Origin: Octopus vulgaris
Taxonomy: Eukaryota
Length of the DNA stretch: 64,000 nt
Reading direction: 5' to 3'
Assembly (NCBI GenBank): GCA_951406725.2
Contig: OX597822.1
Span: forward strand, 33,418,001-33,482,000
Part shown: in pieces, positions 1 through 12,537 of the stretch
Position numbering within the stretch: position 1 is the first letter of the stretch
How the letters are laid out: each line of letters opens with the position of its first letter
The notes under the pieces: model-generated
Database searches by the model: none
Seen by the model: only the letters and a program-made list of their open reading frames with translations
Told to the model about the DNA's origin: nothing
Position numbers and translations under genes: made by a program

Positions 1-1968
1 TAGGATACACTCACTCATGCTGATAGTCTTTCAGTGCATGGTAAATTGGTTAAGAAGTACCACAGTATATATATAAATATATATATTCTTTTCTTCTTTT
101 ATTGGTTTCAGTCATTTGACAGTGGCCACACTGGAGCACCACATTTAATCGAACAAATCGACCCCAGGGCTTATTCTTTCTAAGCCTAGTACTTATTTTA
201 TCAATCTCTTTCGCCAAGCCACTAAGTTATGGGGATGTAAACAAACCAATATTTGTTGTCAAGCAATGGTGTGGGAACAAACACAGACACACAAACTTAT
301 ATATACAACAGGCTTCTTTCAGTTTCCATCTGCCAAATTCACTCACAAGGCCTTGGTCGGCCCGAGGCTATAGTAAAAGATACTTGCCCAAGGGGCTACG
401 CAGTGGAACTGAACCTGGAACCATGTGGTTAGGAAGCAAGCTTCTTATCACACAGCCATACCTATATATTGGTTTCGAATTTTGGCACAAGGCCAGCAAT
501 TTAATGGGAGTGGTGAGGGTTAAGTTGATTACATCCACCTCAGTGCTCAAATGGTACTAATTTTATCAACCCTGAAAGAATGAAAGGCAAAGTTGACCCT
601 GATGGAATTTGAACTAAGGATGCAAAGATGGACAAAATGCTGCAAAGAATTTATGCCTGGTGTACTAATAATTCTGCCAGTTGGCCGCTTTACAGTATAT
701 ATGTATCAAATAGATTAACATCCATCTGTGTATACACATATAAACACACATACACACACACACATTCACACATGCACAATGCAAAAGTGAAAGTACATTG
801 CTTAAAATAATGATAAAACATTAAACAATGATATATAATTTCTATTCCTTTGTATATTTTTCATTTGATTTAATTTTGTTCATTTAGAGGAAGAGTTGGA
901 ACTAATTATTCACAGTTAGCAAATCAAAAATGAAAACTTGAATGATTTAACGAAGCTACAAATGATAATAGGAAAAACATAAAGAAAAAAAGAATACTTA
1001 TAAGAAGCAAATAAAAAAAATAAAAAAACTGAACTGAAAAACATCTAATATTGTTTTTTTTTAGTTTTTGAGTCTCTTTTCGCAATAATTAATGTGAAAT
1101 TAATAAAAAAAAAAAAATGGTTTTCTTTGTCACTATTTCACTTTTTAAGTGTTGTTGTAGTTATTAGCATGAAACAAACAAATTAAATAAAAAAAATTAA
1201 ACACAGAAATTAGATAAAGAAATTAAATAAAGAAAATATAAAATTAAAGAAAATATAAAAAGAAATAAAGAAAAAATAAACACAAATACATGCAACCCAT
1301 TTAATGAAAAACAAAAAGGTTACGACAAAGAAATATGATATTCCGGAAATATGAATTAAATCGAAAAGATTGAAGTTGTAACACATTTATCGTGTTAGTA
1401 AAACTGGATACAAGGACGTGAAAGAAAGAAATTTATATATATATATATATGCATCACAAAGTTTTGTCAGTGAACAGGTCGCGGTCTCAGAGCGACAAAA
1501 ATATTTTGACAAATTAAATTTAAATGTTGAAGTGAATCTAACGGTTTTTGTGTGTTTCTTAAATGGCTTATAAACGCCCTTCCACGCTGCAACTGTTTTC
1601 GTTCCAGCACACAATCTCAGATCAAGTCACTTGCTATGCAAGTACATCTCCCTATATATATATATATATATATGTTGTGGAAATAATAGCATAATATGAT
1701 AGAATTTCTAGGATAAACTGTAAAAATGGTTTTCTGAGATTATGCAATTATGTCATCAGGTGTACAAACAAGTTGTAACAGTCCTGAAAAATTGAGAATC
1801 TACACATGGCACTGAGTTGTTGGCTTGTGCAACCAGTAAGTGAATTACACAACTTTGATGTAATCTCACAAGTGGTAAGAAGCATGCTTACCAACCACAT
1901 GGTTCCAGGTTCAGTCCCGCTGCATGGCACCTTGGGCAAGTGTCTTCTGCTATAGCCTCAGGCCAGCC

Positions 1969-2149
1969 AATTAGAGAAAAACCACTATTATGCAATTCAA
2001 ACAATGATAGACATCAATCATACCATATAGTAAAAATGAAATATATGATAAAACATTTAGATAAATGTTTTATCATATACTTTTTTTTCTATATGGTATG
2101 ATTTACATCTATCATTGTTTGAATTGCATAATAGTGATTGTTCTCTAAT
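1969..2149. repeat. Near-perfect hairpin/palindrome with ~90-bp arms
   Basis: Centred on GATAAAACATTTA-GA-TAAATGTTTTATC at ~2060. Confidence 0.85.
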
Positions 2150-2363
2150 TTATATATATTATATATTTATATTGGGAAATTTGATTTAATACTAAATTGA
2201 ATTTTTACCTGTAAGTTTGGAGTTATACTCCCTAATATCATATATATATATATATATATACTACTACTAACAATATAGGATGAAGTCCCTTTCTCTACAG
2301 AAAAGGATTCCATCAGAAAACGTGGCAGTATATTAAAAAAACCTTTACGGTTGAAGTATAAAC

Positions 2364-2808
2364 ATTTTATAATTAAGGGCTAAAGAAGGTTAATTCTAAA
2401 GCCAATACACTGATTTATCCACTTATAATCCACTTGTTACGGGAAAATTGAACTGAAAGCGGGCAACTAACCTTTAGAAAATTTAAATTTCGTTATCTCT
2501 ATATTGAATCAATTTCGGAATTAATCCCTATAAAGGATACATTCTTCTTCGGTAGAGCTTTCGAGGGGATATAAATAAAATACTCACATGTGATCATGGA
2601 AAAAGCAGAAGCCAAAAACACAACTACATTTAAGTACATCATTTATATCTAAAAATAAAAATTCTTTGGTCAGTCTCAGAACAACGAAATTTAAATTTTC
2701 TAAAGGTTAGTTGCCCGGTTTCAGTTCAATTTTCCTGTAACAAGTGGATTATAAGTGGATAAATCAGTGTATTGGCTTTAGAATTAACCTTCTTTAGCCC
2801 TTAATTAT

Positions 2809-2813
<5 letters not shown>
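2364..2813. repeat. Long inverted repeat (~131-bp arms, 188-bp spacer)
   Basis: 2364-2494 is nearly the exact reverse complement of 2683-2813. Confidence 0.9.
2497..2557 (-). ncRNA. Type I hammerhead-like motif in the loop of a long inverted repeat
   Basis: CUCUA-CCGAAGA-[helix II AGAAU..AUCCUU/AGGGAU..AUUCC]-GAAA-UUGAUUCAA-UA-UAGAG; perfect 5-bp helix I, one core change (U4C). Confidence 0.55.
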
Positions 2814-2845
<32 letters not shown>

Positions 2846-2867
2846 TGTGTGTGTGTGTGTGTGTATG

Positions 2868-2902
<35 letters not shown>

Positions 2903-3258
2903 GAACAGATAGATAGATACATATAGATATACATTCATGCGTGTGAGAAGAGAGAGAGAGAGAGAGAGAGAGTGTGTGTGTGTGTGTGTGTGTGTGAATG
3001 TACATATATATATATAAATTTTGTTTAATCCTTAACATTAAACCAAAATACCAAAAGATAACCTATGAAAATATTTCAGAATTCCTATAAGTAATACCAC
3101 TTGTTATGAAATTATGATTATAAGAAATTTTATGAAAGGTGGAAAATGAAATGAAATGAAATTGAATGGTTGAATACATAAAAGTAATTAAAACAATTAA
3201 ACTGAATGAATGAATTAATGAATGAATTAATTGGCTGTTTGCCTTTCAGAATACACAC

Positions 3259-3288
3259 CATTTTCCAGACAAATAGTTATTGGTAATC
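3259..3288 (-). CDS. Candidate 30-nt microexon (GLPITICLEN) in the C-terminal variable linker
   Basis: TTTTCTACAG acceptor, ATG|GTGTGT donor, phase 1/1 matching the donor at 9237. Confidence 0.35.
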
Positions 3289-3633
3289 CTGTAGAAAATG
3301 TTGGAACAAACAAAATATAACTCGATTAACACACACCGAAATGAATTGAAGTAAAGAATAAGAAATCAAAAGAAAATGATACTAAAAAAAAAAATAATTA
3401 GATTGAAATGTATTTGTCCTTATGTACATATAAAAGTGTGTGCATATGTATGCATGTGTTCGTGAGTGTGTGTATGTGTGTGTCTGTCTGTCTGCCTGTG
3501 TTTCTCACCTTGTTTTGACACCATGAGATAACAGTAAATGAGTGTCACGGTCATACAAGCAGTGTCGTTGCCCACATTCTGCGAAAAGATTTCTAACCAT
3601 GGGGGAAATATTACCTTGCTTGAAAATGGTCAT

Positions 3634-3684
<51 letters not shown>

Positions 3685-4052
3685 CACGCGCGCACACACA
3701 AACACACACACGATGGGCTTCTTTCACTTTGCCCATGAAATCCACTCGCTGAGCTTTGATCAGTATCAGAGACACACTCGTGAAAGGTATATCAGTGTGT
3801 TAGAACACACTCGCCAAAGGTGCCACACAGTGGGACTGAACCCAAGACCACATAGTTGGGAAGTAGGATTTTTACCCACACAGCCATGCCCACTAAACTG
3901 CCCTTCCTAGCATGGCCTGGAGATAAACTTCATATATAAAATCTATAAAATGATAGATGTTTCATCCTTTTTCAAACTTTATAGCGGTCTTCAAGGTCCC
4001 AGGTTGTGACAGGAGTGCCACACAAGCACGAGAACCCCTAACATCTAATCAC

Positions 4053-4095
<43 letters not shown>

Positions 4096-4616
4096 TACAC
4101 ACAGACAGGCAGACACACACACACATATATATATAAAATACAATACACACATACCTATTTAGCTTGTTTGCATGAATGGATGGATGGATGCATGAATGGA
4201 TAAATGTATGGATGTGTGGACATATCTACCGATGTACAGACATACACAATAAACAAGCCAATAAGCATATGAGTATATTCATATACATAACAAAATACCT
4301 GAGGACTTAAATGAAACTCAGCAAAGATAATGAACCAATGACGGATTACTCAAAACACAAAAGGAACAAACTCTATATAGCAATATTATGACCCCCATGG
4401 GCATCCATACTTCTACTCTTGTATCTATCCATACATTTAGCTACCTTTTAATCTGTGGATTTACTTCTTAGTTTCTAAAAGCTTAAGAAGTGAAATGGAT
4501 CTTCATTCACTTGACAAATCTGTGGGAAGGGCTGGCGTCATCAATCTATGTCTAGACAAGCATCAATCATTGCGTAACCAATGACGTACAAGTAACAAGA
4601 GGAGTGCAGTGCCAGC

Positions 4617-5012
4617 TGTAGTAGTAGTAGTGGTGGTGATGGTGGTGGTGGTGGCAGTGGCGATGGTAGTGGTAGCAGCCGTAGGGGTAGTAGCAGTGGT
4701 GGTGGTGATAGTGGCATTGGTGTTGGTGGCGGCAGTGGTGTTGGTGGTAGTAGTGGCAGTGGTGGTAGCGGTGGAGGTGATGGTGGTGGTGGTAGTGATG
4801 ATGATGGTGGTGGTGTTGGCGGTGGCAGCGATAGCAGTAGTAGTAGTGGTGGTGGCAGTGGTGATGGTAGCAGTGGTAGGGGTAGTAGCAGTGGTGGTGA
4901 TGGTGGTGGCAGTGGTGTTGGTGATGGTGTTAGTGGTGGTGGTGGTGGTAGTTGTAGTAGTAGTAGTGGTGGTAGTATTAGTAGTAGTAGTAGTAATAGT
5001 AGTAGTAGTGGT
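4617..5012. repeat. Degenerate (GTG/GTA)n trinucleotide tract
   Basis: Low-complexity repeat giving spurious poly-Val and poly-Thr ORFs. Confidence 0.9.
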
Positions 5013-6845
5013 GGAGATTTTCATCATGGTTGTTTAGTGCCAAATCAGCCCTGACAGAACAATGTATACTAGTATTTAGAGTAGTACCAATTGTTTAGCC
5101 CAAGGTCAACCCTGTTAAAACAAATTATAATAGTGTTTGTAGATAGTGTAGAACCTAGTTCATCCATTTTTTCCCTTTTTGCTCTTCATAATGGTTGAGT
5201 TTAATTTGAGGCTCAATCCGGTTGAGTCTTCTTCATTGATTTCTCTTCTTTATCATTGGTTAACCTAGTATTTGTTTCCCAGCTAGAAAAGTGGTAAGTA
5301 CTCGACAGGGCACATGTCGATTGTTCTTAGAAATCTCAGTTTTGGTTTGGTTTAGTTTTTACATCTGAATCCAGGAATTCAAACACTTCCACATAATGAA
5401 CTCAGAATGCAGAGAGCAGGGGATGAAGCACTACAAAACATTTTATCCAGTCTCTTACAATGCCACCAATCTGCCATCTATGATGAATTGAACAGAATTA
5501 AATACAGAGCATAAAGTACACAACAAAATGCTTGAAAAAGGCTTGAACTCAAACCTCTGATCAACACATCTAATATTTTATTGACTTGGTATTCCTGCAG
5601 TTGTTGCCAGGCAGTCAACTTTGGACCATGATGTAATCAGCATTCTGTCAGTTACAACAAGGCTGCCAGCTAGTCTGATCAATGGAACACCATGCTTGTG
5701 AAATTAAAGAGCAAGCATTTGGACACTCCACAGACATGCATACCCATTTCTTTACTACCCACAAGGGGCTAAACACAGAGAGGACAAACAAGGACAAACG
5801 GATTAAGTCAATTACATCAACCCTAGTGCATAACTGGTACTTAATTTATTGACCCCGAAAGGATGAAAGACAAAGTCAACTTCAGCGGAATTTGAACACA
5901 GAACGTAACGACAGACGAAATACGGCTACGCATTTCGCCCGGCGTGCTAACGTTTCTGCCAGCTCACCACCAGACATGCATACCCTTAATGTAGTTCTCA
6001 AGGAGGTTCAGCAAGACACAGAATGCGATAAGGCTGGCTCTTTGAAATACAGGTATAACTAATTTTTGCCAGCTGTGTCGACTGGAGCAACATGAAATAA
6101 CGTGTCTGGCTCAAGGACACAGTGTGCTACCAGGGAACGAACTCATGACCTAATAATCGTGAGCCAAATACCCCAACCACTAAACCATACACGTTCACTC
6201 ATAATGTAAATGTGCTGAGTCAGTTGAAAGTCTTGTTTAGTTCTGTTATGAATTGTAGGACTCTATGATTCATAAGACCGGAGATAAATCTGCTTTCCAT
6301 GGTGTGTATGCAACTGAAATTACAACACACCCAGTTGAACAGGATGGCAGTCTGTCGCAGAGTTAACTTCCCAGTGATTGCTACAACTCATTTACAGCTG
6401 AACGAACTGGAGCAATGAGGAAATAAGTGTTTTGTTCAAGTACACAATACACTACGCAGACCAGGAATCGAAACCACGATCTTCAGGATTTTACAATTCT
6501 GAGTGCAACACCCGAACCACAAAGGCACACAGCTTCACAAAGGTCTTGCTCATACTTTAATAAATAGTCTTCCAGTTTATAAAAGAGAGGTGAGTAAACA
6601 GTGATGTAGAGTTTAGCAACAATGAAACAGACTGGATCGCTCTCGCATCCAGAGCTGGCAAAAAGGTCGTTATGGGTTCATATTTAAGAGCAAGACTAAA
6701 TGAATATGTTTACATATGGCTATAACCATGCCATATTTATTTCTGAATACCCCCATCAACTTGACCATTTGCTTCCTGAAAATCAGATGAAATTGATGGA
6801 AAGAGTATAGCCACAAGAAGAAAAAAAATAAAATGCCACAATCAT

Positions 6846-7393
<548 letters not shown>

Positions 7394-7618
7394 AGTAGAA
7401 TCATACAAATACTGAATCGTAGGCATTATTACAAAAAAAAAATGATCAATATATTATTCATCAAACACCATACAATTTCACAAACACAGAACACATATTC
7501 AAAATTATGAAATGTCTATTTAGTTGCATCACTAGCTGAAGAGACAGTAATTAGTGTCAACAGCATTACATTTATGTCACTGCTTTCAAACACTTAATTT
7601 TGAAGCTAACAAAGTGTG

Positions 7619-7683
<65 letters not shown>

Positions 7684-8058
7684 GTAGAATCATACAAATA
7701 CTGAATGGTAGGCATTATTACAAAAAAAAAATGATCAATATATTATTCATCAAACACCATACAATTTCACAGAAACACAAAATCATTCATATTTTACAAT
7801 GTAAAAGCATGGCGGTGAAAATCACTTATAATCACAAATGAATCTATAAAATGTTTTATTTGCTTAATGTTATCACCCCAACCCAGTTGTTAATGAAAAA
7901 AAAACACCTGGTCCTAAAGCAGTCACAATAAGCAGCTTCTACCATATTTATTTGTTTTCCCCTCTCAAGAAAATTTAAGACAACCATCTTGCAGTATCTG
8001 AAGATAGAATACCACATGGTGGAACAACACCAGCCAGTGTGTTAGTAATGAGTACAAT

Positions 8059-8991
8059 GATGCAACTTTGATTTCAACATATTATGCAAATGTGATTTCA
8101 GCATTTCATGCAAATTTGATTTCAATATATTATGCAAATTTGATTTCAATATATTATGCAAATTTTAATTCAATATATTATGCAAATTTTAATTCAATAT
8201 ATTATGCATATTTAATTTCAATATATTAAGCAAATTTTAATTCAATATATTATGCAAATTTGATTTCAATATATTATGCAAATTTGTTTTCTATATATTA
8301 TGCAACTTTGTTTTCTATATATTATGCAAATTTGTTTTCTATATATTATGCAAATTTGTTTCCTATATATTATGCAAATTTGACGTCAATATATTATACA
8401 AATTTGATTTCAATATATTATGCAAATTTAATTTGAATATATTATGCAAATTTGTTTTCTATATATAATGCAAATTTGATTTCAATATATTATGCAAATT
8501 TGATTTCAATATATTATGCAAATTTTGATTCAATATATTATGCAAATTTTAATTCAATATATTATGCATATTTAATTTCAATATATTATGCAAATTTTAA
8601 TTCAATATATTATGCATATTTAATTTCAATATATTATGCAAATTTTAATTCAATATATTATGCAAATTTGATTTCAATATATTATGCATATTTAATTTCA
8701 ATATATTATACAAATTTGTTTCTATATATTATGCAAATTTGTTTTCTATATATTATGCAAATTTGTTTCCTATATATTATGCAAATTTGATGTCAATATA
8801 TAATACAAATTTGATTTCAATATATTATGCAAACTTAATTTCAATATATTATGCAAATTTGTTTTCTATATATAATGCAAATTTGATTTCAATATATTAT
8901 GCAAATTTGATTTCAATATATTATGCAAATTTTAATTCAATATATTATGCATATTTGATTTCTACATATTATACAAATTTGATTTCAATAT
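8059..8991. repeat. 24-bp minisatellite (consensus TATTATGCAAATTTGATTTCAATA), ~39 units
   Basis: Direct tandem periodicity; the ORF track shows the 8-aa repeat ISIYYANL. Confidence 0.95.
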
Positions 8992-9236
8992 ATTTTTTTA
9001 CTATGAATTTCTTTTACCATGAAAATGTGCTGTGCAGATAATGAAGTCTTAAAACCCAACAAACCAGTATAGATGAACAGAAAAATACTTTTCAAAAATT
9101 CTTAGGTAGGAATTCCTCCAAAAAAAATTCTAATGAAAATGTGAGTTGATAATAAGTAAGATTAGAATTGATGCTTTGAAATGTCATTCAGACCAATATG
9201 AAAATTATACTTTGTTTAGAGATTGGCTGCTCATAC

Positions 9237-9355
9237 CTTCTTCGGGAGGTTCTTCTTCAATTTCTTTCCTTGGAGGGTCCACAAAATTTGGGTCACATTG
9301 AAAGCCTTCTTTAACACGGAGAATACCAACACCAAACTGCATATCAAATCCGTCA
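9237..9355 (-). CDS. SLC12A2: NKCC1-like exon (HDGFDMQFGVGILRVKEGFQCDPNFVDPPRKEIEEEPPEE)
   Basis: TACAG acceptor, G|GTATGA donor, 119 nt; matches the HDAFDxxxGVxxxRxKEG motif; last confidently identified exon in the window. Confidence 0.9.
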
Positions 9356-10210
9356 CTGTAAAAAAATAAAAAAAATTAATAAAATAAAACAAACAAATGA
9401 GAAATAAAAATGAGGACAACATCAGATTGTGATTTAAGCACAAAGCCAACAATTTTGAAGGGAGGAGATTTAATCAATATCATCAACTCCAGTATTTGAT
9501 TGCAACTTTATCGAACCTGGAGAGATGGAAGGCAAAGTTGACAATGCTAGGATTTGAACTCAGAATGTGAGAAGATGAAAATAAATATTATAAGGAATTT
9601 ATTTTTCTGATGTTTTAACGATTCTGTCAGCTCACAGCAGAACAAAATCTTTTTTTGGTATATGACAGCATCTTCAAGAATATCTTCAACTATCCTGCTG
9701 ACATGGCAACAAAGACTTAGCAGGCTTCTTTCAGTTTCTGTCCACCAAATCCATTGACAAGACCTTGGTCAGCCTGAGGCTATAATAGAAAACACTTTAC
9801 CCAATGTGCCATGCAGTCAGGAGGTAGTGAGTTCGATTCTTGGAGCGGGCTGCATGTTGTGTTCTTGAGCAAGACATTTTATTTCACTTTGCTCCAGTTC
9901 ACTCAGCTGTAAAAATGAGTTGCGATGTCACAGGTGCCAAGCTGTATCAGCCTTTGCCTTTCCCTTGGAAAACATCAGGGGTGTGGAGAGGAGAGGCTGG
10001 TATTCATGGGCGACTGCTGGACTTCCATAAACAGCCCTGCCTGGACTTGAGCCCAGGTCGGGAACTTTCTAGGTGCAATCCCATAGTCATTCATGACTAA
10101 AGGTGGGGTCATTACCCTTTATATAATAAACAATAAAGCAGTGATCCAGCATGGCCACAGTCAAATGACTGAAACTAGTAAAAGAATAAAAGAATAGTTT
10201 TGTTACTTAC

Positions 10211-10317
10211 TGAATGGTATTAAAGTAATCCTCGACTTCTTTCGGTTCTCCCTGCCTCCACCGATTCTTAAAACCAATAACCATAGTGTTTGGACGTAAC
10301 TTCCCTATTCCGCATGT
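10211..10317 (-). CDS. SLC12A2: NKCC1-like exon (TCGIGKLRPNTMVIGFKNRWRQ...EDYFNTI)
   Basis: CTACAG acceptor, CA|GTAAGT donor, 107 nt; GxGKLRPNT motif. Confidence 0.95.
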
Positions 10318-12402
10318 CTGTAGAAAGATAACAAATACACAGCCATCAATACCATCATCATCATCATCATCACCACCGCCACCACCACCACGATCACCAT
10401 CATTATCATCATTTAACGTCCACATTTTCATGATTGCATGAGTTGGATGGAATTTACTGAAGCAGATTTGCTGCAGCCTGATGCTTTTCCAGTTGCCAAC
10501 CCTCACCTGACTCCAAGTAAGGTAATATTTCTCCAAGACCAGACATACTTTTCATGGTAAACTAGAAATGAATGCTATTGCTTATAAGATAGTGATACAC
10601 ATTTACAATCACAACATGATGCAAAGACAAGGGTACAAAACACACACACACAAATATATTGGTTTCAAAGTTTGCACATAGCCAGCAATTTTAGCAGTGG
10701 GGGATAAGTCAATTGCATCAACCCCAGTGCATAACTGGTGCTTATTTTATCAACCCCAAAAGGATGAAAGACAAAGTTAATCTCGGAGGAATTTGAATGC
10801 AGAACATACAGACAAATGAAACACACCGAAGCATTTTGTCCAGAATGCTGATGATTCTGCCAGCTCACTACTTTCATATATGATATATATATATAAAGAC
10901 AAACAGACAGACACATACACACAGACAAAGAGACAGACACACAGACAGACATAGATAAATAGACAGACAGACAGACAGATACAGAAAGATAGACAAATGG
11001 ATGGATGGATGAATGGATGGATGGATGGATGGAGAGATACAGTTAGAGACAGACAGAGAATGATAGATAGATAGATAGATAGATGGATGGATGGATGGAT
11101 GGACAGACAGATAGACAGACAGATAGACAGACAGACAGATAGCTAGATAGATAGATAGACAGACAGATAGATAGCTAGCTAGCTAGCTAGATAGATAGAT
11201 ACACAGACAAACGACAGACAAACAGACAGATAGTCATATCAAATAATCAATGAATAATAAAATTAACAGACAACAAGAGGACATGCACAAGGAATGTATA
11301 GGCTTGATGCTCAGAGAGAGCTTTTCAAGCATATCTCTTCGTTGGAAAGGGGAAAGAGAAAAGCCCAAAGGAAATAAACACACACACACACACACACACA
11401 CAACAGGTTTCTTTCAGTTTTCATCTACAAAATCCACTCACAAAGCTTTGGTCAGTCTAGGACTTATAGTAGATGTTACTTGCCCAGACTGCCACGCAAT
11501 GGAACTGAACCCAAGACCATGTGGTCGGAAAACAAGCTTCTCAACCACATGACCATGCTTCCAGACATATATTAAGACTAAAACATTACATCACAAAATG
11601 AAATGAGACAAATTCGCTTTACTGATACAGTAATGTTTGCATCCATGAAAGACAGAGCAAAAAATAAGCTGAAGGAGGAAAAATTAGTCAACAGAGGAAT
11701 CAGCTGATGCGATTATGAGAGAAGATGACTGCACTGGTTTGGATATGCTGTGATGATAGATACCTATTTCTTTATTACTCACAAGGGGCTAAACATAGAG
11801 GAAACCAACAAGGACAGACATAGGTATTAAGTCGATTACATCGACCCCAGTGCATAACTGGTACTTAATTTATCGACCTCGAAAGGATGAAAGGTAAAGT
11901 CGACCTCGGAGGAATTTGAACTCACAACATAGCGGCAGACGAAATACCTTTAAGCATTTCGCCCAACATGCTAACGTTTCTGCCAGCTCGCCACCTTTGG
12001 ATACCTATCACCGATGGATACCATCATCATCATAGTTTAATGTCTGCGTTCTATAGTGGTAAATAATTTTGGTAGTGGTTGACATTTGGAAAAGCGTCCA
12101 GCTGTAAAAACTATGCCAAAGCTAACCGGTCCTGTGCTTGTGCCACATAAAAAGCAGTGGGGCTGCTGGTGTTAGGAAGGGCATCCAGCCATAAAAACCA
12201 TGCCAAAACAGACACAGAAGTCTGGTGTAGTCTTCTGCCCTGGCCAGCTCCTGTCAAACTGTCTGACCCATGCCAGCATGGAAGGCAAACATTAAACGAT
12301 GATGGTGATGATGATGATGATGATGATGAGAAAGAGCTTACAGAAGAGGATGACTGAGGAAATAGCGAAAAGATAAATGAACTAAAGAATATATATATTT
12401 AC

Positions 12403-12537
12403 CTGCATAAATGCTTGGACTCCTAAACGAAAGTCTGGAGCAACAATTGGTGCATAAAAACATTTTATTTTCCTACGTTGAAGCCAACTGTATTCTTCTT
12501 TAGTTCTTTGTACTTTTAAGCTGTCGACATTTGGATC
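12403..12537 (-). CDS. SLC12A2: NKCC1-like exon (DPNVDSLKVQRTKEEYSWLQRRKIKCFYAPIVAPDFRLGVQAFMQ)
   Basis: CCAG acceptor, CAG|GTAAAT donor, 135 nt; WL..KIKxFY and GxQxxMQ pattern of the NKCC C-terminal domain. Confidence 0.92.

Noticed and set aside
4563-5037. Mucin-like poly-Thr and poly-Val ORFs
   Set aside because: A trinucleotide repeat open on both strands, with no convincing splice sites or domain.
5265-5282. Possible 18-nt phase-1 microexon (AGKQIL)
   Set aside because: The acceptor is fine but the donor GTTAAC is weak and nothing else supports it.
6730-6786. Strong acceptor (TTTTCAG at 6776) suggesting another NKCC exon
   Set aside because: In the incoming phase it reads GSKWSS then stop; there is no good donor or homology.
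7530-7570. CUGAAGA followed by a GACA/UGUC stem
   Set aside because: No GAAA or helix I follows, so it is probably chance.
8059-8991. CRISPR-like appearance of the 24-bp array
   Set aside because: The units are contiguous with no unique spacers, the context is eukaryotic and there are no cas genes.
9231-9310. Possible frameshift in the last exon, since another frame reads FNVTQIL, like NKCC EGLDISxL
   Set aside because: The main frame stays open to a proper donor and gives a plausible acidic linker.
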